A DNA stretch of 28,449 nucleotides from Candidatus Thorarchaeota archaeon (GTDB taxonomy: Archaea; Asgardarchaeota; Thorarchaeia; Thorarchaeales; Thorarchaeaceae): positions 1 to 28,449 of the forward strand of contig JBHLRP010000041.1 in assembly GCA_048882485.1 (NCBI GenBank). The letters run 5' to 3'. Of the stretch, positions 8,584-17,036 are shown piece by piece. Position numbers and translations under genes: made by a program. The notes beneath the pieces are model-generated. The model saw nothing but the letters and a program-made list of their open reading frames with translations. It was not told the DNA's origin and searched no databases. The first letter of the stretch is position 1, and each line of letters begins with the position of its first letter.

Positions 8584-10152
8584 CTACTCCTCGGGTAAGT
8601 TGCGAGCTGCCAGCTCAGCTGAAGTTACGAAGACATCATTGACTCCTTCCCCTGTCAAACATGATGTCCCAATGAATGCTACAGGATGCAATTTCCCTTC
8701 TGTTCCAAATCTTTTTGCTAGTTCCTCGGCAAGAGCAAATCCCTCTTCGGAAGTCACAGGCTGGTCGCCAGAATCCTCCTCGAAGTCTGAAACCAAATCT
8801 GTCTTGTTAGCCACAACGACTATTGGAGGCACTTCATTCGTTGTGATAGTGGCCTCTTTCAACCAGAAATCAATGGACTCGAAGCTCCACCTGTCAGAAG
8901 CGGCATAGACAACTATCAGTGCTTCAGCCTCGTCATAGAAGTCTTTTCTAGAAATCTTAGATTTGACCGCTTCATCAAATGACCAGACATGGACTCTCAC
9001 CCGATGGTTCTCAGTCTCAACCAGCTTGGTGTGTATGTAAGGTTCTCCTATGGGCGCTTCCTCCTCCACAGGCTCGAGCTTAGCTTTTCGCATCAAACTT
9101 TTTTTGCCAACACCTGCTTCCCCTAGAATAAGAATTTTCGATTGGATTAAAGGTTTGACCACATGAGCTGGAGAAGTAGTCTCAAGAGCTGATTTATCCA
9201 GAGAAGATCCGGGTTCAGCTGAAGTTGAAACTTCATCCGCGGCAGCCTCCTCAATCTCATCCATCATTGGAGGTTCAGGCACCTCCTCAATTTCTGGTTC
9301 CTCGTCGTCTTCAATGAATGCTTGAGGTTCTGGTATTATCTCATCTTCTGCGTCAAGGATCTGTGCCTCACGCACTATCTCCTCTGGCTCAATGGCCTGA
9401 GATTCAAGTACCCTTTCTGGCTTAGACTGTGGAACTGAAGCCTCCAATTCGGTTATGGGTTCTGGCTCTTCTTCTGCAATGTCATCTTTTTCCATTTTGG
9501 TTTCTTGCTCAGGAGGTTCCAATTCCTCGGCCTGCAATTCCTTATGTTCTTCAAGGATAGTCGGAGTTGATGCAAAGGTAGTTGGGGCTGCTGTTATTTC
9601 TTCGGAACCAGCCACATTGATTCTAATTCCCGGCACTACAGGCTCCTCTTCCTTCTGTTCGGTGGAAACTTCTCCTTCCATTTTCGGTCTTGCGGCCATG
9701 AAGGAGTCACTCATCGACTCCACGGCATTAAGTGCATCAGCGATGTCTGTGAAATCTTCTCCATCCAAGACAGTGACACCTGGCACATCAAGCTCAGGAT
9801 TCTCGACAAAGGTCGCTGCTTCATCAGTAGACGGTTTCTCACTCATCACCTTCGGTGCTTCTTCTTCAGAAGGCATGGCAATTTTGGGTTCTGGTTTTGG
9901 TGTGGGTGTTTTTTTCTTTACCTCTGGAGGTGCCGCTTCCAAATCCTGTGCTGATACGATCTTCTTTGCAGTTGGCAGTCCAATCCGAACAAGAACATCA
10001 CGCAGGATTCCAGGTGCTAGAATCTTCCTTCGCACGCGGAAGAACATTTCAACCTCTTCAAGCACGCTCTCAAATGATCTGTGCTTTGTTGGTATTTTCT
10101 TTTTGACAACACCTTTGTCTCTTATCTCAACATAGCCTGGAATAAGCGACAC
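8584..10152 (-). CDS. Ras/Rab-superfamily GTPase-fold protein (degenerate G1/G3) with a long acidic low-complexity N-terminal linker
   Basis: C-terminal about 185 aa: KILILGEAGVGKKSL (G1), VHVWSFDE (G3 position), FYDEAEALIVVY, SFESIDFW, VVANKTD (G4), GTSCLTGEGVNDVF (G5). About 270 aa rich in E/P/A precede it. Confidence 0.88.
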   Translation of the reverse strand: MSLIPGYVEIRDKGVVKKKIPTKHRSFESVLEEVEMFFRVRRKILAPGILRDVLVRIGLPTAKKIVSAQDLEAAPPEVKKKTPTPKPEPKIAMPSEEEAPKVMSEKPSTDEAATFVENPELDVPGVTVLDGEDFTDIADALNAVESMSDSFMAARPKMEGEVSTEQKEEEPVVPGIRINVAGSEEITAAPTTFASTPTILEEHKELQAEELEPPEQETKMEKDDIAEEEPEPITELEASVPQSKPERVLESQAIEPEEIVREAQILDAEDEIIPEPQAFIEDDEEPEIEEVPEPPMMDEIEEAAADEVSTSAEPGSSLDKSALETTSPAHVVKPLIQSKILILGEAGVGKKSLMRKAKLEPVEEEAPIGEPYIHTKLVETENHRVRVHVWSFDEAVKSKISRKDFYDEAEALIVVYAASDRWSFESIDFWLKEATITTNEVPPIVVVANKTDLVSDFEEDSGDQPVTSEEGFALAEELAKRFGTEGKLHPVAFIGTSCLTGEGVNDVFVTSAELAARNLPEE

Positions 10153-10260
10153 GCCAATGGTTGTTCCTGGTACTATCAGCTACTCTAACACTCCAAATAG
10201 CAGGATGTGATTCGACTGCCAGATTTATTTCTTAACTGTTTCTCCGACTTTGTGATAGAA

Positions 10261-10413
10261 TCATGCCTTTTTCTTATCACACTTGCAATCCAGACCCAAG
10301 TTTCTCCTCATGTTCCTTTTCTCTTCTTCACTGGACTTCTCAGCCATCTCCCTAATCTGTTGAACAATGAGGTCTGTCAGTGATGTGACGGTGTCGTCGG
10401 AAGGATAATCCAT
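10261..10413 (-). CDS. Putative 50-aa small protein
   Basis: Manual translation MDYPSDDTVTSLTDLIVQQIREMAEKSSEEEKRNMRRNLGLDCKCDKKKA; helical and charged, co-oriented upstream of the GTPase-fold gene, fills an otherwise long gap. Confidence 0.45.
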   Translation of the reverse strand: MDYPSDDTVTSLTDLIVQQIREMAEKSSEEEKRNMRRNLGLDCKCDKKKA

Positions 10414-10534
10414 GGACTATGCAGAGGAGAGTCTTATTTAAAGGTCTACCAATGAAGCAATCTACAAAATCACATGTTCTTGATACAGAAAGAATTATGA
10501 CTACCTTGGAATGTGATTGCCTTGAGGTGTCAGG

Positions 10535-11077
10535 ATGACAGATGTGGACTTTCGTAACTACGTAGACGTCATTAAAGACTGGCCTGACGAGGGACAAGCC
10601 GTCATTGATATCAGCAGACTGCTTGAGAATCCCACAGTTTTTAACAAGGCCGTAGACAGACTCGCAAGACCACTGACAGAGGTTAAGCCAAACAAAGTTA
10701 TTGGCATAGACCTAAGAGGGCTTGCTTTAGGAAGTGCAATTGCATACTACTTGGGTTGTGGCATCGTCCCTGTAAGATCAATAGCCTATTTGCCCGAAGA
10801 TTACAAACGTCCCTTGGAGCTCTTGCCAACAACCAGATTCACAGATGGTCGACTCGCTCTTGTGTCGGATTCTATCGACCAAGGGGATAGAATAGCCATC
10901 GTTGATGACTGGCTGATACATGGGACTACTGTTCTCGCTGTAAAGAAGGCGATTGAGAAACTAGGTGCAACTGTGGTAGGCATAGTATGCGTAATCAATA
11001 ATCTATCCGAAACTAGGAGAAAACTACTTGGCCGTCCCGAAGTCCAATCTCTTATTGAGAATCTCGAAATTGACTGA
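10535..11077 (+). CDS. apt: Adenine phosphoribosyltransferase-like type I PRTase (divergent)
   Basis: DWPDEG..IDISRLL, GIDLRGLALG, VPVR, PRPP-binding loop IAIVDDWLIHGTT; APRT-like length and layout. Confidence 0.75.
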   Translation: MTDVDFRNYVDVIKDWPDEGQAVIDISRLLENPTVFNKAVDRLARPLTEVKPNKVIGIDLRGLALGSAIAYYLGCGIVPVRSIAYLPEDYKRPLELLPTTRFTDGRLALVSDSIDQGDRIAIVDDWLIHGTTVLAVKKAIEKLGATVVGIVCVINNLSETRRKLLGRPEVQSLIENLEID

Positions 11078-11084
11078 GAGAGCT

Positions 11085-11116
11085 ATTGCCGCAGATGTCC
11101 TCAGGGATGCGGCAAT
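11085..11116. terminator. Inverted repeat between convergent genes (putative terminator hairpin)
   Basis: ATTGCCGCA (11085-11093) / TGCGGCAAT (11108-11116), a perfect 9-bp stem in the apt/GGR convergent gap. Confidence 0.5.
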
Positions 11117-11151
11117 GCGCGGCAAAATACATCAGGCTAAATCCTTGTTAA

Positions 11152-12348
11152 TCAACGTGACAGAGCCTCTCGTAGGCAAACATAGAGGAAGCGTCCAAGA
11201 AGCTTGGTGACATCATTCTTCCCTTGCGATGCCTCAGACATCATTTCGGAAACCGTTTCTTGTAGGACAGTATCCCGAGATCCAATCTCGAATAGGACAC
11301 TGGCAAAGGAGCCTGTGAATATCCTTTGCACAAGCAGCTGAGATTCTATTTCATTCCCAAATAGCTCCATCCACAGCATTTGGTAGGTCCTCAGGGTGGC
11401 TTCATCAAGCATGTCATCATCAAGACACTTCCCCAAGACAGCCGCTGCCAGCTTTCCCGCTTTCATTGCATATGCTATGCCTCCTCCCGTGATTGGGTTC
11501 ACCATGCCTGCAGAGTCACCAACCAGCAAGCAGCGCTTTGCAAAAGACTTTGAGATGGTCCCCCCAGTAGGGAGCAGAGCGCCTTTCACATTTCTCAAAT
11601 CGGCATCTTCATTCAGATATCTCTTTTTCATTAGGAAATTGGTGAAAGAACGGAAGTGCTCGGGAAGCCCCTTGGCATAATCTGCAACAATCCCCAGACC
11701 GACATTTATGGTTTCAAATTTTGGGAAGATCCAACCGTATCCCGGCAATCCCCCCAAATTTGCGAAGAAGTGGTATTCCCTGTCTGCAGTGTATAACTCT
11801 TCTACAGTATCTGGATCGACTGGTACCTCTGCAACCCTACAGGCCGTTACATCCCTTGATGACCACTTGGTGTTCAATCCGGTTGATCTTGCAACCATGC
11901 TAACAACACCATCTGCACCCACTATCACCCTTGTAAGGACATCTCTTCCATCGTCGAGCGAAACTGTAGCAAAGTCATTTGAAATGCCAATAGACTTTAC
12001 TCTATGTCCAGTAATCGAATAAGTGCCAGCATCTATCGCGGACTCGAGTAATGCGTTATCGAAGTCAGTTCGAAGAGCAACAGCCATATCAACACGGCCG
12101 CGCATCACCGACTTCCGGTTGGGAGAATGTAGCACACCGACATGACAGACTCCTTTGAGGAATTCTTTCTCTCTCTTCTTGAGATAAGGAAAGTCGTCAA
12201 CAAGTTGGGTCGAGAAGCCACCTCCACAGGGTTTGTCTCTCGGAAATTCATCCTTGTCAATCAGACAGACAGCAAATCCCTGCTTCGCAATATATCTGGC
12301 TGTTGTTGATCCACCAGGTCCGGCTCCTATCACTGCTACATCATACAC
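11152..12348 (-). CDS. Geranylgeranyl reductase family FAD-dependent oxidoreductase (DGGR-like)
   Basis: YDVAVIGAGPGG, FPRDKPCGGG, GADG, GYGWIFPK, NVGLG, LVGDSAGMVNPITGGGIAYAM. Confidence 0.92.
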   Translation of the reverse strand: MYDVAVIGAGPGGSTTARYIAKQGFAVCLIDKDEFPRDKPCGGGFSTQLVDDFPYLKKREKEFLKGVCHVGVLHSPNRKSVMRGRVDMAVALRTDFDNALLESAIDAGTYSITGHRVKSIGISNDFATVSLDDGRDVLTRVIVGADGVVSMVARSTGLNTKWSSRDVTACRVAEVPVDPDTVEELYTADREYHFFANLGGLPGYGWIFPKFETINVGLGIVADYAKGLPEHFRSFTNFLMKKRYLNEDADLRNVKGALLPTGGTISKSFAKRCLLVGDSAGMVNPITGGGIAYAMKAGKLAAAVLGKCLDDDMLDEATLRTYQMLWMELFGNEIESQLLVQRIFTGSFASVLFEIGSRDTVLQETVSEMMSEASQGKNDVTKLLGRFLYVCLREALSR

Positions 12349-12447
12349 ATCGGAAACCTGGATACTTTGGCGTCTAGCAGCCTATTTTGCCTTGCGCTTC
12401 AGCATGAAGGTTTATGTGCCTGATAGCGCATCCAAAGGAGACAATTA

Positions 12448-14037
12448 ATGAGCGGCTTCATCAGTAGGCGTCGAGCCTTAAGAGCTAAAGTCAAATCGAA
12501 TACAAAACTAGATAGTTGGCTTCATCTCTATGCGACCGGAGTTCTAGTCCTCAATATCTCCTTGATTCTCTATACTATGTTGTCAGTGACAGTTCGCATG
12601 ACCATAGCTGGTATCGGATTCCTTGATTCTTTGCCGATTGTACTCTATATACTACCGCTAATGGTTATTTTGCCACTTATGGTAAGAGCATATTACAGCG
12701 ACAGATTTGCGGCCATTAATTTTATCATCCTGCTTATTGCATCTGGATTCTTTGGAGTGCTCTCGCTTCTGGTTCATGGTTTCGTAATCTTCCTAATTCT
12801 GAATGCTGCAACCTTGTGCATCATCTTCGTGATGGGCCGCTTTCGTTTTAAAACCAAGATTCGGCAAATCGGAAGGAAGACTTGCGTCTCAATGATTATC
12901 CTCAACGTACTAGGATTGAGTTTTCCCGTAACGACTCTTGCACTGGGTCAAACATCTATTGCACTGATAGAACCCGTAGGCGAAATGAATCTAAAACTTG
13001 AAGTCCCTCTAGCTGATTTTGATTTTGGGTACATGGATATATCGCCTAGTGATTCTCTCCTTCTGAATCTTAGTTCTTCTGGGGTTGGCGTGGATCTTCA
13101 CTTACTAGAGGGCAATATGGAATCAATGAATCGTTTGAGAAACTGGCTAGACATGCTCAATAATTCGGCAGTCCAGTATACTATAACGATGACTTCCCCC
13201 AGGGCTTCATTCTTTGATGGCGTTCCAAACTCTCTTGGCACAACATCTGTGATTCAGGAAGTATATCAAAGCCACCTCAATTCACTACAACAGGTCGATT
13301 CTGAGTTGGAAACACTCAATATGACGCAAATGCCCAACTGCATCTACTTCGATATGACCTTGTCAGCGCCAGAGTGGGAGATTCTTTTGGCACGAACTAG
13401 GAGTCTTGATTTGCCTGGATTCTCAGCCCTCATTCGGTCCTCAATTGATTCTATCGATTCGAGTGCAATAGAAACGGGCGCCGCCCTCCTTGCAAGCGAA
13501 TCTGATTCATTGGACTTGAGCACTGGCGTATTGGTTGAATCTTTTATTCTTGATGACCTACAGGACACGGATACTGTAGCAATGAAGGTTTGTGGCCAGA
13601 CTGTACAGACACTCATTCAATGGGATAAGGTTCAAGTCGACTGTTCTCGATCAGGGTTCTCATACGAGATGAATGGTGACGTTGGAGAATATCTCTCTCA
13701 CTCATTTTCTAGAACAGTTTCACAATATGGGCCAGCTTGGTCAATGCGTCTTGGAGTTGCCGGCAATGAATCAGACATACAGTCAAGACCTAATCTAGTA
13801 TACAACTCTTTGGACAGTATTGCCTCCGATTTGGTGATAGCCGAGGGAAATGGTGTGACTTCTTTGACATTAGAGTCACTTCCCTATCTGTATAGCACAT
13901 TCGGATCTGATGCCGTGAACGAACTGACAACATCAATTGAAGGCATCACTCAAGTTGCAGTCACCTACACATTCAGAATCTATGCCTTTCGAGCAGTCTT
14001 CATCGCAATAGATTCCTTCGATCCACTCATGATTTGA
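12448..14037 (+). CDS. Hypothetical membrane protein: about 5 N-terminal TMs plus a large, probably extracytoplasmic alpha/beta domain
   Basis: 529-aa ORF with a hydrophobic first 170 aa, then alternating beta/alpha segments with several N-x-S/T sequons. Confidence 0.8.
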   Translation: MSGFISRRRALRAKVKSNTKLDSWLHLYATGVLVLNISLILYTMLSVTVRMTIAGIGFLDSLPIVLYILPLMVILPLMVRAYYSDRFAAINFIILLIASGFFGVLSLLVHGFVIFLILNAATLCIIFVMGRFRFKTKIRQIGRKTCVSMIILNVLGLSFPVTTLALGQTSIALIEPVGEMNLKLEVPLADFDFGYMDISPSDSLLLNLSSSGVGVDLHLLEGNMESMNRLRNWLDMLNNSAVQYTITMTSPRASFFDGVPNSLGTTSVIQEVYQSHLNSLQQVDSELETLNMTQMPNCIYFDMTLSAPEWEILLARTRSLDLPGFSALIRSSIDSIDSSAIETGAALLASESDSLDLSTGVLVESFILDDLQDTDTVAMKVCGQTVQTLIQWDKVQVDCSRSGFSYEMNGDVGEYLSHSFSRTVSQYGPAWSMRLGVAGNESDIQSRPNLVYNSLDSIASDLVIAEGNGVTSLTLESLPYLYSTFGSDAVNELTTSIEGITQVAVTYTFRIYAFRAVFIAIDSFDPLMI

Positions 14038-14163
14038 GAAATCAGAATCAAAGCGATACTTGATCATTGTCTGACAGAGTCTGAGATTGTTGGTCATTGT
14101 CCTGCTATCTCGAAAAAACTGGAGTCGGTGTGCACGAATCCATAACTGATTTAATTTACCCAT

Positions 14164-14205
14164 AAAAAATGAGGGAAGAGCTACGAGAGAAAGTAACTCC
14201 TCCTC
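14164..14205 (-). terminator. Hairpin plus U-tract terminator of the 107-aa gene
   Basis: Minus strand GAGGAGGAGTTAC-TTTCTCTC-GTAGCTCTTCCCTC followed by ATTTTTT, 8 nt after the stop at 14214. Confidence 0.6.
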
Positions 14206-14213
14206 GAACCATT

Positions 14214-14537
14214 TCACTCTGATGTGCTCATTCCGATAAAAGCTAGAGCTTCTGAAACTGTGTTTTGTACTTCAACTGAAAATTCGTATCCTTCGATATC
14301 GTGATACATTACCATAGATTGTGTAGTTCTTGACAAGGCTTCTTCCAGTTTCCCTTCTTTTACCAGTGATATACCTATCGTAGCAATTCCTCGTTCTGTG
14401 GCCTTGACTGATGCAGGTACTACTTGCTCGCTCAGTGTTTCATCTGGTGGAAATTTCTCCAATACCTCGAGGTATCTCTTGGCTACTTCAGGTATCTTAT
14501 GGGTTGGGTACAATGAATATGTAACAATATATGGCAT
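14214..14537 (-). CDS. Hypothetical protein (107 aa, possible ferredoxin-like alpha/beta fold)
   Basis: Clean ORF with a GAGGCGA RBS-like sequence upstream and its own terminator; alternating beta/alpha pattern. Confidence 0.8.
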   Translation of the reverse strand: MPYIVTYSLYPTHKIPEVAKRYLEVLEKFPPDETLSEQVVPASVKATERGIATIGISLVKEGKLEEALSRTTQSMVMYHDIEGYEFSVEVQNTVSEALAFIGMSTSE

Positions 14538-14906
14538 ATCTCTCGCCTCAAACTCAATTTGATTTCCTTAAAGTGTTGAAATGCAAGAAGTCGTTGTGCT
14601 CTCTCATCTGAGAGAGTCGTAAAGATATGTCATTGATATGGCAACACTGTAGCCTAAACTAGGCCCTTGGCTTTAAGATAAGGTTTCCGATGCTTCTTTC
14701 AAAGAAAATTGCCACTTCTTGGATCTCATTATCCATCAAAGACGATTTTAATCATCTTATAGCCAGAGTCTTCTCTCTTTTGAAACCAACATTCTTCTCT
14801 AGTTCAGGCGACAGATCCAAATATCCCTCGAAGTGAATCGGCCAACTACGGAATTCTGATTTGAGGCTTAGCCTCCTCATCCTTCTGCGACTAAGACTTG
14901 CCTTTG

Positions 14907-15821
14907 CTATGTCTTTGGCGATTTTAGATAGACCTCAAAGACGCCCATCCATATTTCACTTGTTGGCTCTGCCCTGACGAGGATATCACCACCAAAGTTC
15001 ACACTCAGTGGTTTTGCAGGGCTTTTCTTCCACACGTCTGAGAAAATCAGTGAGTGAAGATTGTTCTGAAAGTCCTCTGTCACTTGTGAGATCTTTGTTT
15101 CAATATAGGCCTTGTCAATTCCGAATGGTGAAAGGTCTTCAGTTGTTCTGAAGAGTCGTTCTTCACTAACGGCTCCGAGTGTCTTGTCAAACGTATACCC
15201 TATCCCTCCAACGAAATAGAATACTCCATGAGGAACTGCACTCTCATCACCCATGACAATAATGTCATTCCCAGTCAGAGTGATATAAAGGGGATCTGCA
15301 ACATGAAACGCGATCGATGCAGCCTCGACAGATACATCATCCATTTTGAGTGTCTTCTTCAGAAAGTCATTGAGTGTGCTTACTCTATTGTCAAATTGGA
15401 ATGGCGTGAAGTCGCCCATGTGGACCACATTTCTTGCCTTCCGAACAAGCACATCGACTATTCGTTGACATTTCTTTAGGAAATCCACCCTCTCCTGATA
15501 TGCATCCAGGAGAAAGCCGGCAGAAATGGCGACTTTCAGATATTCGAGAGATCTAATGTCTGACAGAATCGTTCGGCAAAGAAAGGTCTCGTCCTCTGTT
15601 TCAAGGAAACCCTCTTCTTTCGCAACTTCGAATGGGATAGGATTTCCCAAAAACACCTGAGCTGGCTTCCTTCTTTTGGATTTGAAGAAGATGCCTATAT
15701 CAAGGCCCAGGCGTGTTATATCGCTCAGCTGTCTAACAAAGGAGCCTTCTGGCACAATCTCTCTGGCCCGTGTCTTTTGGTAAAGCTGAGTGTATCTCGC
15801 AAATAGGTCTGCTCTCGACAT
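14907..15821 (-). CDS. Hypothetical soluble protein (304 aa)
   Basis: Long ORF with normal composition; no motif recognised. Confidence 0.78.
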   Translation of the reverse strand: MSRADLFARYTQLYQKTRAREIVPEGSFVRQLSDITRLGLDIGIFFKSKRRKPAQVFLGNPIPFEVAKEEGFLETEDETFLCRTILSDIRSLEYLKVAISAGFLLDAYQERVDFLKKCQRIVDVLVRKARNVVHMGDFTPFQFDNRVSTLNDFLKKTLKMDDVSVEAASIAFHVADPLYITLTGNDIIVMGDESAVPHGVFYFVGGIGYTFDKTLGAVSEERLFRTTEDLSPFGIDKAYIETKISQVTEDFQNNLHSLIFSDVWKKSPAKPLSVNFGGDILVRAEPTSEIWMGVFEVYLKSPKT

Positions 15822-15899
15822 GCCAAATCACGCTAGCTGGAAATACACTCCGTCAGCGCTATTATCTCTTGTCCATGCCTACTGAATTAAGCCACAATG

Positions 15900-15905
15900 T
15901 ATAAA
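15900..15905 (+). promoter_or_regulatory. Putative archaeal TATA box
   Basis: TATAAA starting 26 nt before the 15926 ORF start, in the divergent intergenic gap. Confidence 0.4.
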
Positions 15906-15925
15906 GAGGACCTACCGCCCGCATT

Positions 15926-16255
15926 ATGAAGCCTGCAACATCAGATTGGGTGTTTCCAATGGAACGAAAGAAGAGAGGTCTAATGCTTGCTGTAGCTGGT
16001 GTTCTGATATTTGCTGTTTCATTAGTGTTGCTTTATTACTTTGCTGACCTCTATTTCATTGCGCTTGTTAGTTTATTCATCGGAGTTGTGCTAATTGGGA
16101 TGGGGACAGCTCTGGCAAAGGAAATTGATGCTTCCATTGAAATGCCGAGAGACGACTGCTATTACTGCAGAGGAACGGGAAAGATTGGCTCAGAAGAAGA
16201 AGAGGAAACCTGTCCAAGGTGTGGTGGCACTGGACTGGCCCGTCAGGATGATTAG
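15926..16255 (+). CDS. Two-TM membrane protein with a DnaJ-type zinc finger
   Basis: Two hydrophobic helices, then CYYCRGTG and CPRCGGTG (CxxCxGxG x2). The start may be ATG 15959. Confidence 0.8.
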   Translation: MKPATSDWVFPMERKKRGLMLAVAGVLIFAVSLVLLYYFADLYFIALVSLFIGVVLIGMGTALAKEIDASIEMPRDDCYYCRGTGKIGSEEEEETCPRCGGTGLARQDD

Positions 16256-16297
16256 ATAATCAAAGAGCGACACCATGGAACTGAGGACTGATGTGAT

Positions 16298-17017
16298 ATG
16301 AGAGAGATTCTGGTAATGGGGCACCGAGGTGCCCCAAATGCCGCGCCTGAGAATACCCTCAGATCCTATGAAATCGCTATGCAAGCTGGAGTTGATATGA
16401 TTGAGGTGGACGTGTGGGGTACAGCAGATGGCCACCTAGTGTGTATTCATGACCCTGATGTATCATCTACAACTAATGGTGTTGGAATGATAGAAGACCT
16501 AACTCTAGAAGAGATCAAATCATTAGACGCAGGCGAGGGTCAAGAAGTACCTCTCCTCGACGAGGTGTTTGATTTGATTCAGGGCAATATCGGAATCAAT
16601 ATTGACCTGAAATCTATTGGCGTCGAGGAGCAAGTCTTGGAATTGGTAGTTGAAAGAGGAATGTTGGACTCGACAATCATTTCGTCATTCTTTCTTGTTT
16701 CAATCGAGATAGTAAAGGAACTGAACAGAGATGCACAAACTGGAGCTATCTTTCAACTTGGAATGGAAGAAATGGTAAAGCACACGCTAGACGCGGCTGC
16801 AGATGCAATTCATCCAGTACTGCCGGACGTCACTAGAGACCTCTTGATTCAAGCTCATGAAGAAGGACTGAAAGTCAATGTATGGGGTGTCGATGACGAA
16901 CCTGATATGCTATGTATGCTGGAGTGGGGCGTCAACGGGATAATCACTAACTTTCCTGAAGTTGGGGTTCGTGCGGTTGACAATTGGTTGCGAAATCTTG
17001 AGGCTCCTAATTCCTAG
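16298..17017 (+). CDS. ugpQ: Glycerophosphodiester phosphodiesterase (UgpQ/GlpQ family)
   Basis: MGHRGA, PENTL, IEVDV..TADG.LVCIHD, VNVWGVD, GVNGIITNFP. Confidence 0.93.
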   Translation: MREILVMGHRGAPNAAPENTLRSYEIAMQAGVDMIEVDVWGTADGHLVCIHDPDVSSTTNGVGMIEDLTLEEIKSLDAGEGQEVPLLDEVFDLIQGNIGINIDLKSIGVEEQVLELVVERGMLDSTIISSFFLVSIEIVKELNRDAQTGAIFQLGMEEMVKHTLDAAADAIHPVLPDVTRDLLIQAHEEGLKVNVWGVDDEPDMLCMLEWGVNGIITNFPEVGVRAVDNWLRNLEAPNS

Positions 17018-17036
17018 GAGCAATTCAATTCTGTTT

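Noticed and set aside
9097-9108. A7 homopolymer in the GTPase P-loop as a frameshift or slippage site
   Set aside because: The reading frame is continuous and GTPase-like on both sides; no frameshift is needed.
9455-10135. 226-aa Ser-rich plus-strand ORF
   Set aside because: Antisense mirror of the Glu-rich linker (GAA codons read as TTC/TCT-type codons on the other strand).
10352-10597. 81-aa minus-strand ORF from the ORF track
   Set aside because: Overlaps the apt start and promoter and has atypical composition; the 50-aa ORF in another frame is more plausible.
14164-14216. TGA stop followed by a hairpin as a possible selenocysteine/SECIS signal
   Set aside because: Read-through adds only a short non-redox tail, the hairpin lacks a SECIS core, and it is followed by a U-tract, which fits a terminator.
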